Below, piece after piece: positions 27,611 through 40,736 of a stretch of DNA of 64,000 bases; the first letter of the stretch is position 1; each line of letters begins with the position of its first letter. Source of the stretch: Camelus dromedarius (Eukaryota); assembly GCF_036321535.1 (NCBI RefSeq), contig NC_087437.1, forward strand, positions 23,562,001-23,626,000. Direction: 5' to 3'. Position numbers and translations under genes: made by a program. The notes beneath the pieces are model-generated. The model saw nothing but the letters and a program-made list of their open reading frames with translations. It did not search any database and was not told the origin of the DNA.

Positions 27611-28441
27611 CAGTACTGTCCCCCTACACGTGGTTTCTGTTACCCACAGGGTCAACCATGTTCTTAAAATATTAAATGGAAAATTCCAAAAATAAACAAT
27701 TCGTAAGTTTTAAATTGAGCACCATTCTGAGTAGCAAGATGAAATCTCTTGCCCTCCTGCTATGTCCCACCCGGGATGTGAATCATCCCTTTGTCCAGCA
27801 TATCCCACCTGTTTGTTACCTGGTAGCCACCTCAGTGAATATCAAATCCACTGTCATGGTATCATGTGTAAGTGTTTAAGAAATGCTTATTTTACTTAAT
27901 AATGGCCCCAAAGCACAAGAGCAGTGATGCTGGCAATTCAGATATGCCAAAGAGAAGCCGTATGTGTTTCCTTTAAGTGAAAAGGTTAAAGTTCTTGACT
28001 TAATAAGAAAAAAAAAAAAAAACTCACATGCTGAGGTTGCCACGATCTACACTGAGAACAAATCATCTATCTGTGAAATTGTGAAGAAGGAAAAGAAACT
28101 CACGTTAGTATTGCTGTCACACCTCAAACTGTAGAAGTTACGGCCACAGTGCATGGTAAGTACTTAATTAAGATGGAAAAGGCATTAACTTTATACAATA
28201 AGATATTATGAGAGTGAGAGAGACCACATTCACATAACTTTATTACAGTATCTTGTTATAACTGTTCTATTTTAAGTTATCATTGTTTATCTTTTACTGT
28301 GCCTAATCCATAAATTAAATTTTATCATAGGTATGTACATATACGAAAAAAAACATATACAGGATTTGATACTATCCACAGTTTCAGGCATCCACTAGGG
28401 GTCTTGAAATGTATGCCCTGAAGATAAGAGGGGTACTACTG
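27611..28441 (+). mobile_element. Tigger7-derived (MER44-family) TcMar DNA transposon, internally deleted, with N-terminal transposase remnant
   Basis: TA target duplication on both sides (27609-27610, 28442-28443). Termini cagtactgtcccc...gataagaggggtactactg. ATG at 27902 gives MAPKHKSSDAGNSDMPKRSR, then frameshifted PLSEKVKVLDLIRK, the start of a pogo/CENP-B-like HTH region. Confidence 0.9.
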
Positions 28442-28524
28442 TAATAGTGAAAACAAACAAACAACTATGTAAAACAGTTCAACTTGAAGCTGTTCATTAA
28501 AATAATTTAGCATCTAACTGTAGA

Positions 28525-29230
28525 TGCACTTTCTCAAATCTTTGCATTTTACTCCACCTCCAAGCAAGCTAACTAAAATTACGATCATCACTAGCTCCAG
28601 TTTCCACGACAGCTTCCTAAACCAACTCCAGTCACATCTCTACAAAGCAATCAGAGTTATCTTTTCAAAATTCTTAGCTATCTAATCAGTTCACCTCATT
28701 GCTAAGAATCCTTAAATGACTTTCTGTTACTCTTAGGATGATGACTGAGCTCCATTACCCATTACCTCTGTCCTCTCTAATCTCATCCACCACCTCTCTC
28801 CCCTTCACTCTCTTTGCTTCAGCTGTACTGGCATTTTTCGTTGTTGTTGTTCTCCAACAATACCTGCTCCCTCCCACCCTGAGCAGAAGAGCCTATGCAA
28901 AACCTTTATCTAATGCCCTCTCTGATCACTTGGTGTCGCCACTGCCTATTCAAATTTGAGATTCTTACACATATGCCACATCCTCTGGGGAACCTTCCCT
29001 GACCTACCCAAGTGGGTCAGTGCCCATTAAGTATTTTCAATGCTTCTCTACCTCTCTTTCAGAACACTTATGACAAATTGTAATTACATATTAATTACAG
29101 TTATTATTGAGATTAAAGTCTGTCTCCCCCAACTAGACTGTAAATTCCAGAAACACAGCGTATCTTTTGCTCAGCAGTACATCTTAAGGGTTTAGCATAT
29201 AGCAGGTTCCCAATGGACATCTGCTGAATG
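28525..29230 (+). mobile_element. L2 LINE 3' fragment
   Basis: agcaatcagagttatcttttcaaaa, ccttccctgacc, gtctgtctcccccaactagactgtaaattcc, ending catctgctgaatga. Confidence 0.8.
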
Positions 29231-29269
29231 AGGGGACTCAGAGACAAGTCATGTGATGTTTTATGTGTA

Positions 29270-29422
29270 TGTGTGCATAAAAGTTGTTCTCAACAAAATC
29301 TCTGTGTAGTTGGCATTATTATCTCCAATTCACAGATGAAGAAACTAAGGTTTAAATAGGTTAACTTAGCCAAAGTCAGCCAACAAGTTACTAGCCAAGC
29401 TGGAAGTGGAACTTCAGTTATT
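29270..29422 (-). mobile_element. MIR fragment
   Basis: attattatctccaattcacagatgaagaaactaaggtttaaataggttaacttagccaaagtca. Confidence 0.8.
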
Positions 29423-29511
29423 CCTCAAAGCCCATTTCTTTCCAGTGTTTCATGCGGCCTTACTTGGTGGTGAGAAGTCAAGAGACTAGAAGCAAACTGT
29501 GTTTTAATACA

Positions 29512-30003
29512 TATACAGAAAAGAGATACCATAGCAAGCATAAGCCCTGGGTGCAGAGTTGGTCCTTGGGTGCATCTGGGAAGTTGGGTTTGGAGAAGAT
29601 CCCCATCATTCCCAGAGAAAGAACGTGCCATCATACCTAAACTGTACAAACCGTGCATTTATGCTGAAGGCCAGCATCTCTTCCAGGTGTTTGGAATTCT
29701 GGTACAGAGGTTGCCTCTGTGACCAGCCCCTAAGAAAAACCTTAGGCACAGAACCTCTAACGGGCTCTCCCGATACATAACATCTCACACATGCAGTCAC
29801 AACTAGTTGCTGGAGGAATTAAGCAAATCCTTTCTGACTCCACTGGGAAAAGACTACACCTGTGTTTCTGCCTCTTCCCTTTGCTGGTTTGCTCGGTATC
29901 TTCAACGTAATGAGTCATAGCTCTCAGTATGACCACATGCTGAATTCGTCTGAGTTCTACTGAATTGCTGAGTCTGGGGATGGTCTTGGGGAGAGCTGAC
30001 CCA
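29512..30003 (+). mobile_element. MER68-type ERVL solo LTR
   Basis: Start tatacagaaaagagataccatagca; internal gcatctgggaagttggg, gtgaccagcccctaagaaaaacct and gttgctggaggaattaagc; end ggggatggtcttgggga...tgaccca. Matches the recalled MER68 consensus. Confidence 0.8.
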
Positions 30004-30249
30004 CTATGCTTCTGGCTACAGGCAGCAAGTCTTCATCTGAAATAAGCACTACGGCCCTAACTGGGTATGTGTCTGATACATGGCTGAGTATTAAATCTGG
30101 GCTCAGAGGCCAGGCTAGAGAGATACAGATAAGACTCCAAACAGACTCCATACAGGAAATGTTTGGCAGATAAGGCAATCATATCCTGCTCTCCCACTGA
30201 TTGAGAATCATTTCAACATAAATTGTGACCCCAGGGATAGTTTAGCAAA

Positions 30250-30385
30250 GCCCACTTCTTTTACAGAGAAGGAAACCAAGATCTAAAGAAAACATAAGAT
30301 TTGTCCAGGATCCTGCAGTTGGTGAAACCAATTTAGGACTGGAAGTCAAGACTCCCAAATAGTAAACATGGTTTTCCTAGGTCTT
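30250..30385 (-). mobile_element. Degenerate MIR fragment
   Basis: ttttacagagaaggaaaccaagatctaaaga...gatttgtccaggatc...aggactggaagtcaagactcc. Confidence 0.6.
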
Positions 30386-30804
30386 ATGGCACCATTTTGT
30401 TACTTTGTTAAGTACTGAGTCACTTAAACACTATAGCAAACTGAAGCCATGGAGTCTGGGTGGCAAGAAAACAAATTTTATTTGGTGGAATTGTTGAAAG
30501 AAATTCAAGACAAAAATTCCTCAGGAGCAATTCATGCCACAATTTCAACAAGGAGAAAAGCTAAAAAGGATCTGTCAGAGAGACATCAGAAGATTCCTTA
30601 GCATTTTTATAGGAAAAGGGAACGCTTAAAGAAAAAAAGATAGTAAATTCCAACCACTAATGCTGCACAGGGAACATCTTCACACACATCTTAGCATTCA
30701 GACGGATGCCTGAGCTTCCACAGCCCACTCTGGACATGGCACAGACGCAAAACAAACGAGGGTACGTGCAGGAAGGTAGCATGGGGAGGGTGGTGTGGAG
30801 CACA

Positions 30805-30914
30805 ACCAAGCATCCATCCAGGTTGCCCAGGACTAAAGGGGTTCCCAGAGCATGGGACTTTCAATTTTAAAACTTGGACAGTCCTGGGAAAACCAGGATG
30901 AGCTGGTCACCCTA
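30805..30914. mobile_element. MER81-type hAT-Blackjack MITE
   Basis: ccatccaggttgcccaggact...gggactttcaattttaaaac...gtcctgggaaaaccaggatgagctggtcacccta; self-complementary arms. Confidence 0.75.
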
Positions 30915-32522
30915 GCAATATGGGCAGTGGGACCAGAGAGGGTGAGTACTGCCAGACAGGTATAACAGACTGGATGACAAACGGTCCAGGAGAGCATTAA
31001 GTTAAGGATTAACTTTCCTAGAACCAGAAGGTCAACAGATACCAAGTGGAACAGGGACAGATCAAAACCTCCAGAGGCCCTGGGCACTTAAAAGGTCAAA
31101 GTGCACTAAGACAACCTCCATCCCTCGTAAGTACTTGAAGTCATAATATACATTTAAAAAAATTTTTAAATTTGTTTCAAATAAAATACTTTGTACACAT
31201 GCTAAAATTAAAAGTTTTTCTTTTAAGTCTTCTGACTTTCCTTTGAGTACCTTTGTTTTCTGTTGGTATATACCCATGGTTAGTTTGTCTATCAGGTAAC
31301 CTAGTATTAAATGGAAGACAAATTTCCAGCCAGAGTGGGCAGGACTATTAATATTATGCTCAACAATTCCTAGCAGCTAGTTGCTTTCACACTGCTATGG
31401 AAGCTTAGAAACATTTAAAAATGACATACAAATAGATGATTACATCACAGAACATCAAAATTAGCATAGTTGCAATCAATAAAACTTGAATAATTAGGCT
31501 AAGATTGGAATTTTAGAATTAGAAACTCAATTTTTCCTAGAATGAAGTAGAATTTTAATATAAAAAATTATGGACCCCTCAATAACCATATTAATTATAG
31601 CAACCACTGATCAAGAAAATTATGAGAAAGCCTGGAATATAAATACAGTGACGCATTTAAATAAATTAATATTCCCCTAATCTCAACAGTATCCACGTAC
31701 GTTAGAAACACACTAACATATACAGATGAATTAGAGAATCTACTCAATCCATATTTAAAAAGACTTTATTCAGAACCCCCTTTCAAAAACACTCTTCAGT
31801 AACACCCCACCATCCCTCACAATAACTATCTGTGGCCTAAATGATAAGAATTCAACCTAAATGTAATAAACAACAAGAAGATAAAAATAAAAGGGCCCCC
31901 CACTGCTCCACATCAATCCAAACCACCCCTGGAGACGTGGAGATAAAATACAAGGACTAGATGGCAACCAAAACCTATACACACTTTGTACCAACAAACT
32001 GTTTCTGAAGTTTAGAAGTGGGAAGTAAAATCGAAACACTGAGAATGGTCACCCTAAGGGGGACTTCAATCAGAGTAAGTAAAAAAAGACTTTAAAAACT
32101 GAAAGGTTACAAAAAGGTGGCCAGCGGGCCTTACCCGGACATAAGCTGGAAAAAGAGCCAGTACTTAGGACAGCTGACCAAAGCAAACAAATAAACAAAA
32201 ACACAATCTTAACCAAAGAGATGATGATCCCACTGTAATCTGTGCAGCTCAGGTATGGAAAATCATGGGCCACTTGGCACACTTAATACATTAAGAAGGA
32301 TTGTGACAAACACAGAGTTTGACCAGCATGGTTAGAGGTTTGGCATTTCACATATTGAATAGGTGAGGGAGTGAGAATTTTTCTACCTGAAAAAAAGGAT
32401 TCATCATCTCCCTGCCTTATCATATCTGAAGGAAAAAAAATAGATTTCCTCTATTTTACTTTAAAGGAGATAATTGGCTGGGAGAAGAATTAATGGGTAA
32501 GAGACAGATTTTCTATTGATAC

Positions 32523-32876
32523 TGTCTTAGTCCGTTTGGGCTGCTGTAACAAAATGCCACAGACTAGGTAGGTTTAAACAGCAGAAATGTATTTCTCCCA
32601 GGTCTGGAGGCTGGAAGTCCAAGATCACAGCACCGCATTCTGATGAAGGCTCTCTCCTTGGTTCACAGCCAGCACCTTCTCACTGTGCCCTCACATGGTG
32701 GAGGGCGCTGGGGTTCTGTGGGATCTCTTTTATAAGGACACTAACCCCATTCATGAAGGCTCCACCCTCATGGTCTAAGTGCATCCCAAACACTCCAACA
32801 CCTAATATTATCATCTTCAGAGGTAAGGAGTTCAATGTACGAATTTTAAGGAGACACAAACATTCAGACCATTACA
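32523..32876 (-). mobile_element. MLT1A-type MaLR solo LTR
   Basis: tgtcttagtccgtttgggctgctgtaacaaaatgccacagact...ggaggctggaagtccaagatca...gacacaaacattcagaccattaca. Confidence 0.88.
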
Positions 32877-33089
32877 GCTCCCAACCTGCTGACCAGCAAA
32901 TATGGCTATTTTCTGAAACACTTTCATCCACAGGAATTGTTATTTTGGGCATATAAGAATACGCTTTGGTCTCTGGATATTAGCTTAAATAGACCTACTG
33001 AATATTTTTACGACAAATGGGATCAAATATTTCATACTTTAAGCTCCTTCATGATTTTAACATAGTGAAAAGTGCTAGGATATCTTTTG

Positions 33090-33244
33090 AACCTCTTTTA
33101 TAAGAGCACAGACCCAATTAATAATGACTTTACTCTCATGACTTGAGCACCTTCCAAAGGCTCCGTCTTCTAATATCATCAACCCTAAGGGTTAAGATTT
33201 CAACATATGAATTTTTGGAGGAACACAAACATACAAACACAGCA
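33090..33244 (-). mobile_element. Second partial MLT1/MST-type LTR fragment
   Basis: cctctttttataagagcac...gatttcaacatatgaatttttggaggaacacaaacat...cagca; homologous to the distal part of the LTR at 32523-32876. Confidence 0.75.
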
Positions 33245-34211
33245 CATACAAAGTACACTTACAAGCACTCAGAATGAATGAAATGCCTTGGAAAAAGCAG
33301 TGTTTCTTGTCTTTACAAATACTAATACAAAGTGTATAGGACCATTTTTCAGAATTTATGACTTGGAGAGCACACTTGATCCGTTCAAAAGTTATGAAAT
33401 GTATATTTTGAATGTAAGTTTAATGCCCCCTTCACAGACAGAAGAGACTTCAATCTGTTGAATTCCAAGGTTTCAAATGTTGCAGCAACCTCAAAATAGA
33501 AATATGTACCAGTAATAAGAACCTCCTCTGAGTGGGATGGGGTAACTCATCTGTTGGCCAAATGCTTTAGCAGAGACTATGAACTGCCTGCCAGAAATCT
33601 GGTCCCAAGGTTGTGCAGTTTGTTCAAACAAATTATTGTGTTTGATTTACAATTTGATCTATTGCTGTTTATTCCATGTTTTGCATAGGCACTAAAAATA
33701 TTTCCCAGACTCATAAGCAAAGGACATCAATAATAAACTTAATTATTGGAACAAAACAGCAGGGGCTGAGATAATATATTCCTGCTAATGCACCTACAAA
33801 TGAAAAGAACAGCTGTGCTGGGGCAGAGGCCACCCTGAGATGGACTTGTGGTTACGCAAACCACACTGTGAGATAAAGCTGTAAGAGCGAGATACCTGAG
33901 CCAAGGTGACCTTCACTTTTCCATAATGGAAAACAAAAAAATTTTTAAAAGAAGTCTTCCCAACCTAAAGGAATGAAAACAAATAAATCTGGGACGCAAA
34001 ATTAAAAGCAGATCTGATGAAGAGTGGAGGAGCTGAAAAGGAAACAAAAGTCGTAACTTCCATTCATCATCTTCAGGAACAGTGAAACATCTGCTTCTTC
34101 CACTCCACATTGCCATGAACACATTAAATCGTATTTTTTTTAAAGAGGGCATTTTCTACTGTACCCACTTTTCATAAAGTGAATACAATCAGAGCAGCAG
34201 CCCACACTCAC

Positions 34212-34304
34212 CTGCCTGGACAGTTTTACGGCATCTATTTTGGCAGCTCAGAGTCCTCCCCGACAACCTGCTAGTTCGCCACACTGTTCGACGAGTTGAA
34301 GCTG
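34212..34304 (-). other. Candidate internal exon (93 nt, or 90 nt via NAGNAG) of an unidentified minus-strand gene
   Basis: Consensus donor CAG|GTGAGT (intron starts 34211); acceptor ctcttacacag|CAG|CTT; five CpGs in 93 nt; one open frame, ASTRRTVWRTSRLSGRTLSCQNRCRKTVQA. Protein not recognised; could be a UTR exon. Confidence 0.5.
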
Positions 34305-34861
34305 CTGTGTAAGAGATTACTAGAAACCCTCATCAGCACATTAGACATTTTGAGGACAAAAAATTAAGTGTAGGTGATTTGATATCTACAACTATAGACA
34401 TCTTCTCCTATGGAATTACTACAAGACTCAAAAAAAATAAAAAGCACTTCATTATTCACTTTGTGTTACAAAATACCATAAGCTATCATCTTTATATAAG
34501 AGAAATGTCTTATTTTTTAGACTATATCCCAGAAAATATAAGAACAATTCTAACATTCACTGTGCCAAGTTAGAGATTAAAAATATATTTATATATACAC
34601 ATGACTGCTTTTTACTACTCCAGACAATTTTTGTAATTTAATTTCTGGACTGGGTGATAGAATAGGAAGTGACAATCTTTCCCAGATCTTTCTCCCAGAC
34701 ATCTAGCTGACTTTCCTTCAGAAGATACCAATGATGCTGTTCTTACGGATGCTTCAAGAGATGCCAATGCACACACTAGCCAATATTTTATTATCTACAC
34801 CTCATTTTGCATCTTCTTTATTTCAATTTATTTACACTAAAAAAATAAAAAATAAAAACAG

Positions 34862-37800
34862 TTCATCCATTTCTTCAATTTTTCACTCTCCAGGACCCGG
34901 CAACCACCAATCTATAATCTGTTCTCTGTATCCATACGTATAGTGTATACACAAACACACACATACACACACAAATATATATGTTTTAAGATTCCACATA
35001 TAAATGAGATCAAATGGTATTTGTTCTTTTGCATCTGACTTATTTTGCTTAGCACAACAGTGCCCTCAAGGTCCATCCATGTTGTCACAAATGGCAGGAT
35101 TTCATTCTTTTCTGTGACTGAGTAATATTTCACTGTACATATGTACCACAATTCCTTTATTTATCCATCAATTGATGGAAACTTTGGTTGCTTCAGTATC
35201 TTGGCTATTGTAAATAATGCTGGGATGAACGTTCGAGTGTGCCCGTATCTTCTCCAATTAGTGTTTTCATTTTCTACAAATAAATAAACAGAAATGGAAT
35301 TGCTGGATCATACATTAGTTCTATTTTTAATTTCCTGAAGAACCTCCACGCTATTTTCCACAGTGGTTGTACCAATTTACATTCCCACCAACAGTGTGCA
35401 AGGGATCCCTTTTCTCCACATCCTTGCCAACACTTCCTATTGCTAGTCTTTTTGATAATATCCATTCTAACAGGTGTGAAGTGGTATCTCACTGCGGTTT
35501 TGATTTGCATTTGATTTTTATTCTCTTGCATACGGCTAACCAGTTTTCCCAACACCACTAATTGAAGAGGCTGTTCTTTCCTCACTGCATATTCTTGGTT
35601 CCTCTGTGATAAATTAATTGACCACATATCTCTGGGTTTATTTCTGGGCTCTCTATTCGCTTCCATTCATCTATATTTCTGTTTTTGTGCCAGTATTACA
35701 TGGTTTTAATTACTATAGCCTTGTAATATAGTTTATACATGATGCCTCCAGCTTTATTCTTCTTTCTCAAAACTTCTTTGGCTATTTGGGGCCTTTCAGT
35801 TTTCCCTAAGTATTTTAGGATTGTATTTCCCACTTCGGTGAAAAAAATGCCCTGGAAATTTTGACGGGCATTGCATCAAATCTGTATATTGCTTTGGATG
35901 GTATGGACATTTTAACAATATTAATTCTTGCAATCCATGGGCATGGACTATCTTTCCATTTATTTGTTTCTTATACAGTTTCTTTCATTATGTCTTATAG
36001 TTTTCAGAGAACAGGTTTTTCACCTCCTTGGTTAAATTTATTCCAACATATTTTATACTTTCTGATGCTATTGTAAACAGCATTATTTTCTTAGCTTCTA
36101 TTTCTGATAAATCATTATTAGTGTAGGAAAACATAACAGATTTCTGTATATTAAGTTTGTATCCTACAACTTTACTGAATTCATTCATTAGATCTAATAG
36201 TTTTTTAGTGGAGTCTAGGGTTTCCTATATATAGTACAATGTTATCTGCAAACAGTGAAAGATTTACTTCTTCCTTTCAAATTTAGATGCCTTTTATTTC
36301 TTTTTCTTGCCTAACTGCTCTGGCAAGGATTTCCAAACTATGTTGAATAAAAGTGGGATGAGTGGACATTCTTGTCTTATTCCTGATCTTATAGGAAAAG
36401 CTTACAATTTGTCACCATTGAGTATGACATTACCTGTGGCTTGTCATATATGGCCTTTACTATGTTGAAGTATGTTCTAGCAACACTCATGTTGAGTTTT
36501 TATCATCAATGAATGTTGCATTTTGTCTAAGGTTTTTTCTATATCTATTGAGATGATCATATGATTTTTATCCTTCATTTTGTTAATGTGCTATATCACA
36601 TCAAGTGATTTGCAGATGTTGAACCATCCTTGCATCCATGGAATAAATCCCTCTTGATCATGGTGTATGACTCTTTTAATATATTGTTGAATTCAGTTTA
36701 CTATTATTTTGCTGAGGATTTACATCTATGTACAAGGATAATGGCCTGTAATTTTATTTTTTGTGTGTGATGTCCTTGTCTGGTTTTGGTATCAGAGTAA
36801 TGCTGGCCTTGTAAAATATCCTCTTCTATTTTTTGAAAGAGTTTGGGAAGGAATTGTATTAAATCTTTGAATTTTGATAGAATCCACCAGTGAAGCTGTC
36901 TGCTTTTGGACTTTTGTTTCTTAGGAAGTTTTGACTACTGATTCAATCTCCTTACTAGTAATCTGTCTGTTCAGATTTTCTATTTCTTTCTGATTCAGTA
37001 ATGAAAGAGACTATTTTTCTAGGAATTTATCCATTTCCTCTAAGCTGTCCAATTTGTTAACATACAATTGTTCACAGTCATCTCTTATGATTCCTTGCTT
37101 CTATGGTATTAGTTGTAAGATCTCCTCCTTCGTATCTAATTTTATTTATTTGAGTCGTCTCTCTTGATTAGTCTAGCTAAAGGTTTGTCAATTTTGTTTA
37201 TCTTTTAAAGAATTAGCTCTTAGTTTCATTGATCTTTCATATTGTATTTTAGTCTCTATTCCATTTATTTTTGCTCTATTTTTTGTTATTTCCTTCTTTC
37301 TACTAACTTTGAATTTTATTTGATCTCTTTCTAGCTCATTGAAGTGTAAAGTTAGGTTGTTATTTGAAACTTCTCTTGTTTCTTGAAGTTGGCATTTATC
37401 ACCATGAATTTCCCTCTTAGAACTGCTTTTTCTGCATCCCACAGATTTTGGTATGTTACATTCCCATTTTCATTTGTCTCAAGGTATTTCTTATTTCTCT
37501 TTTGATTTGATTGTTCAGGAGAATGTTGTTTAATAGCTACAGACTTGTGAATTTTCAGGCTTTCTTCACGTAATTAATTCCTAGCTTCACATCACTGTGA
37601 TTGGAAAAGATGCTTGATATGATTTCAATCCTCTTAAATGTATTAAGATTTGTTTTGTGGCCTAACATATGATTTATCTTGGAAAATATTCCATATGCAC
37701 TTGAGAAGAACGTGAATTCTGTTGCTTTTAGATGGAATTTTCTGCAAATATCTGCTAAGTTTATGATCTAACATGTACTTTAAGGTTGATGCTTCCATAT

Positions 37801-38030
37801 TGATTTTTCTGTCTAGATGAAAACCATCAATTAATGTGGTATTAAAATCTCTTGCTACTGTTGTATTGGCATTTCTCCCTTTAGGTCTGTTAATAGTTGC
37901 TTTACATATTTAGGTGTTCCTATGTTGGGTGCATAACTATTTACAAATGATAAATCTTGTGGGATTGACTGCTTTATCATAACATAAAACCATTTTGTCT
38001 CTTATTAAAGTCTTTGTTTTAAAATCTATA
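34862..38030 (-). mobile_element. L1 (L1MA-like) ORF2 plus partial 3' UTR, 5'-truncated and decayed
   Basis: ORF-track fragments match L1 ORF2p: [16 protein letters not shown]...[41 protein letters not shown]. The RT motif reads LFADN (36241-36252) rather than FADD. Many stops and frameshifts. Confidence 0.95.
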
Positions 38031-40169
38031 AGTAATGTCTTACATGTAAGACTGTATCTGTAGAATAAGTTCCAAATAAAACTTCTGGGTCAAATATTTT
38101 CCTCCCATTTATTATTTATCTTGACTTCTTTTGCCATATGATTTCTGCCAGGCAAATTTTCTCTTCGTATGACATTGTTTTTATCAGCCATTAACTCTTA
38201 CATTTCTAGGTCTGTGTTATACTCTAGAAAAGCCTTTCACATGTTATAATTATAAAATAATTCTTCCATTTCTTCTTTCAGTTTTTTTAATAGTTTCATT
38301 TTTTTTTCCTTTTTATTTCTTTTATCACATGGTTGAAGTTAAATAAGTGGATTACTGAATCTAGTGAGGCTTTCTTTCGTATTCTTTCAAACAAGGAAGT
38401 CCTTGGGTTTCATCTTGAATTACTAAAACCTATGACAAATTAACACATTATATTTTTAATAGGAAACATTATTTATTTCAACCATGATTGCAAGTGACCT
38501 GTGGCTATTTTAAAGACTGAAAAAAAAAAGTAGTCTATACATCTCAAAGTATATAAATACTGAAAACATTAAAACCAATAGGAACATAATATTGTTCCAT
38601 AATTTTTTCTAAGTAAATTTGGTTTTATAACACTATTTTGATTGGCTATAAAGCCCCACATAAAGTTCTGTATGAGCTCCCATTTGCCACACTGACAAAA
38701 ACTCCCCTGAGATGGAATTAACTCTGACCCAATCAGCTCCCTGTTACTTAAGTGCCTGATAATCCTCCCTTCTTATTTCTTATTTCAGTGACTTCCTTGA
38801 ATTCTGAACCAGGTCACATGATAAAGACATACATGTACGATTCTCACTGCCAAGTCTTTGCTGAACAAATCTGTGCTGTGGCTGATTAATCTCAGGACCC
38901 TGAGATGGCCAACCTCCCAGAACAGCCTCAATTATATTAGTCACGGTTCAGCAGAACTCCTGCATCACACTTCCAGACTGATGCCAGGGCTCGGGGGTGG
39001 TGTGGTGGGGTAAGCATACACTTCAGTGTGGGGCTTAGGAGGCTTGAAAGACAGCAGCAGAGGAAGTCTGCTCCCGTGAACTTTCACTCCATGTCATGCA
39101 GAAACAATATAGAACCCTGAACAAGCTGACGTTTTCCAAGTTTAGTACCCATTATAATATGAATGATAGATCAGTTTTAGTAGAAAGCCAAAGGTGTTTC
39201 TGAACATGTGCTTATACTCTCCTTGTGCCTGAAGCATAGTTTAATTCAAGTTCAAATTCGGAGCAAAAAATCAAAGAGATTGGTATCATATAGTGAACAT
39301 ACATATATGATTAAAATAAGTCCTTATATACAGCAAGTTATTTTAAGTGTCTGATTTTAATCTATTATCATTCTGGCAACAAAGAGACAGGAAGATGTAT
39401 TATGGTACATCCACTGTCTTCAAGTAAAATATTTAATTTGATATGTAATACACAGTTGACTCAATCTGTTGACTTTGAAGATTTCCATGATAACCTGTCT
39501 CCCTAGGCCTCTAAACACCACCCCTGAGGCCATTTAACCTTCTTCCAAGGTTTTCCACCAAACTATTCTCAGTCCCTGGGTTCTTCCAGTCCAGGCTCTT
39601 CTGCAGAGACATATTCCCTTCCTTAATAACTGGGTTTTCTGCCCTTCACTTTTTCCATCAGTGGTCAGATACCTAGCATGTCATATTTCAACAGATGACT
39701 AGAGTCTGGTTTTGTACCTTCTTCCTCAGTTTTAGCTCCTGTCAAAATACTCTAGTCTCAGAGCTGGTACTCCAAATGCTCACCGCCCAGAAGAGGCCAT
39801 GTGTGCTCTCTTAGTCTTCGCCTGGATGATTTGCCCATTGCGAATGCTCACAGATTCCAAAACCCCTGTTAATCTTCTGTTGCCCAAGATTTACTCCACA
39901 AGAAGAAAATCTGAATCGTGGACTTAGGCACTCACTAACAGACTTCCATTCCCCTAACTGTCCTGTATCCTGTAGACATATTTCCCAGTTTCTGATACAT
40001 TTCCAAGAAATGTTTTTGTTTACTTGTTCTTGTAACATTCTACTTCTGACCCTCGTATACCTACTTTAGTTTCCTTCCGTCTCTGGGGACTGCTGAACCC
40101 TGAAGACTCAACTGAACCCTTAATCCAGACACTCCCGGTCTGGCCCATCATGCAGATGTCCTTGTCCAA

Positions 40170-40362
40170 CAGTTCTCATACATCAGCTTGCATCAGAAAT
40201 ACCCAAATGCTTATTAAAATATAAATTCCTGGACCACACCTCCAGAACTTTTGATTATTTGTTATATCTTAGGAGAGGCTCAGAAATAACTTCTTTGCAC
40301 CAGGTATCAGCACCAGAAGATGCTGATGATGTGCAACAGGGATCACATTATCAGAACTACAT
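40170..40362. mobile_element. MER5A-type hAT-Charlie element
   Basis: cagttctca...gcatcagaaatacc...cttattaaaatataaattcctggaccacacctccaga...gatgctgatg...gggatcacatt. Confidence 0.75.
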
Positions 40363-40736
40363 CCTGGGTATGCCAACGAATACACACACTGAGGTAGCTC
40401 TAATTCTAAATAAGAGCGCAAAGAGGAGGTTAAACAATGAAGGGAGAAATCAAGAGTAGTTGGGGTAATGCCACAGAAGAAAACAATTCTAGCTGGGCCT
40501 CAGAAATGGGGTAATATTTAGCTAGTCAGAATGGGGAGGAAGTAATAGTGTTTTCAGTATCCAAAATGACAGAAAATGGTTAATTGCAAATTATAATTCA
40601 GGAGTGAGAGAGACCAGCTGGCAGCCAAGATGGGGCAGACCATGGGGGCCATGGCCAAGGGCCCTGGGCCCTGTAAGGGACAGGAGTGCCACAGGAGGCC
40701 TTGAGCAGAGAATCAACATTGTTAAAGTGTCATAAT

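Noticed and set aside
27902..28190. Domesticated Tigger transposase gene
   Set aside because: Frameshifts, an early stop and loss of the catalytic domain mark a non-autonomous deletion derivative.
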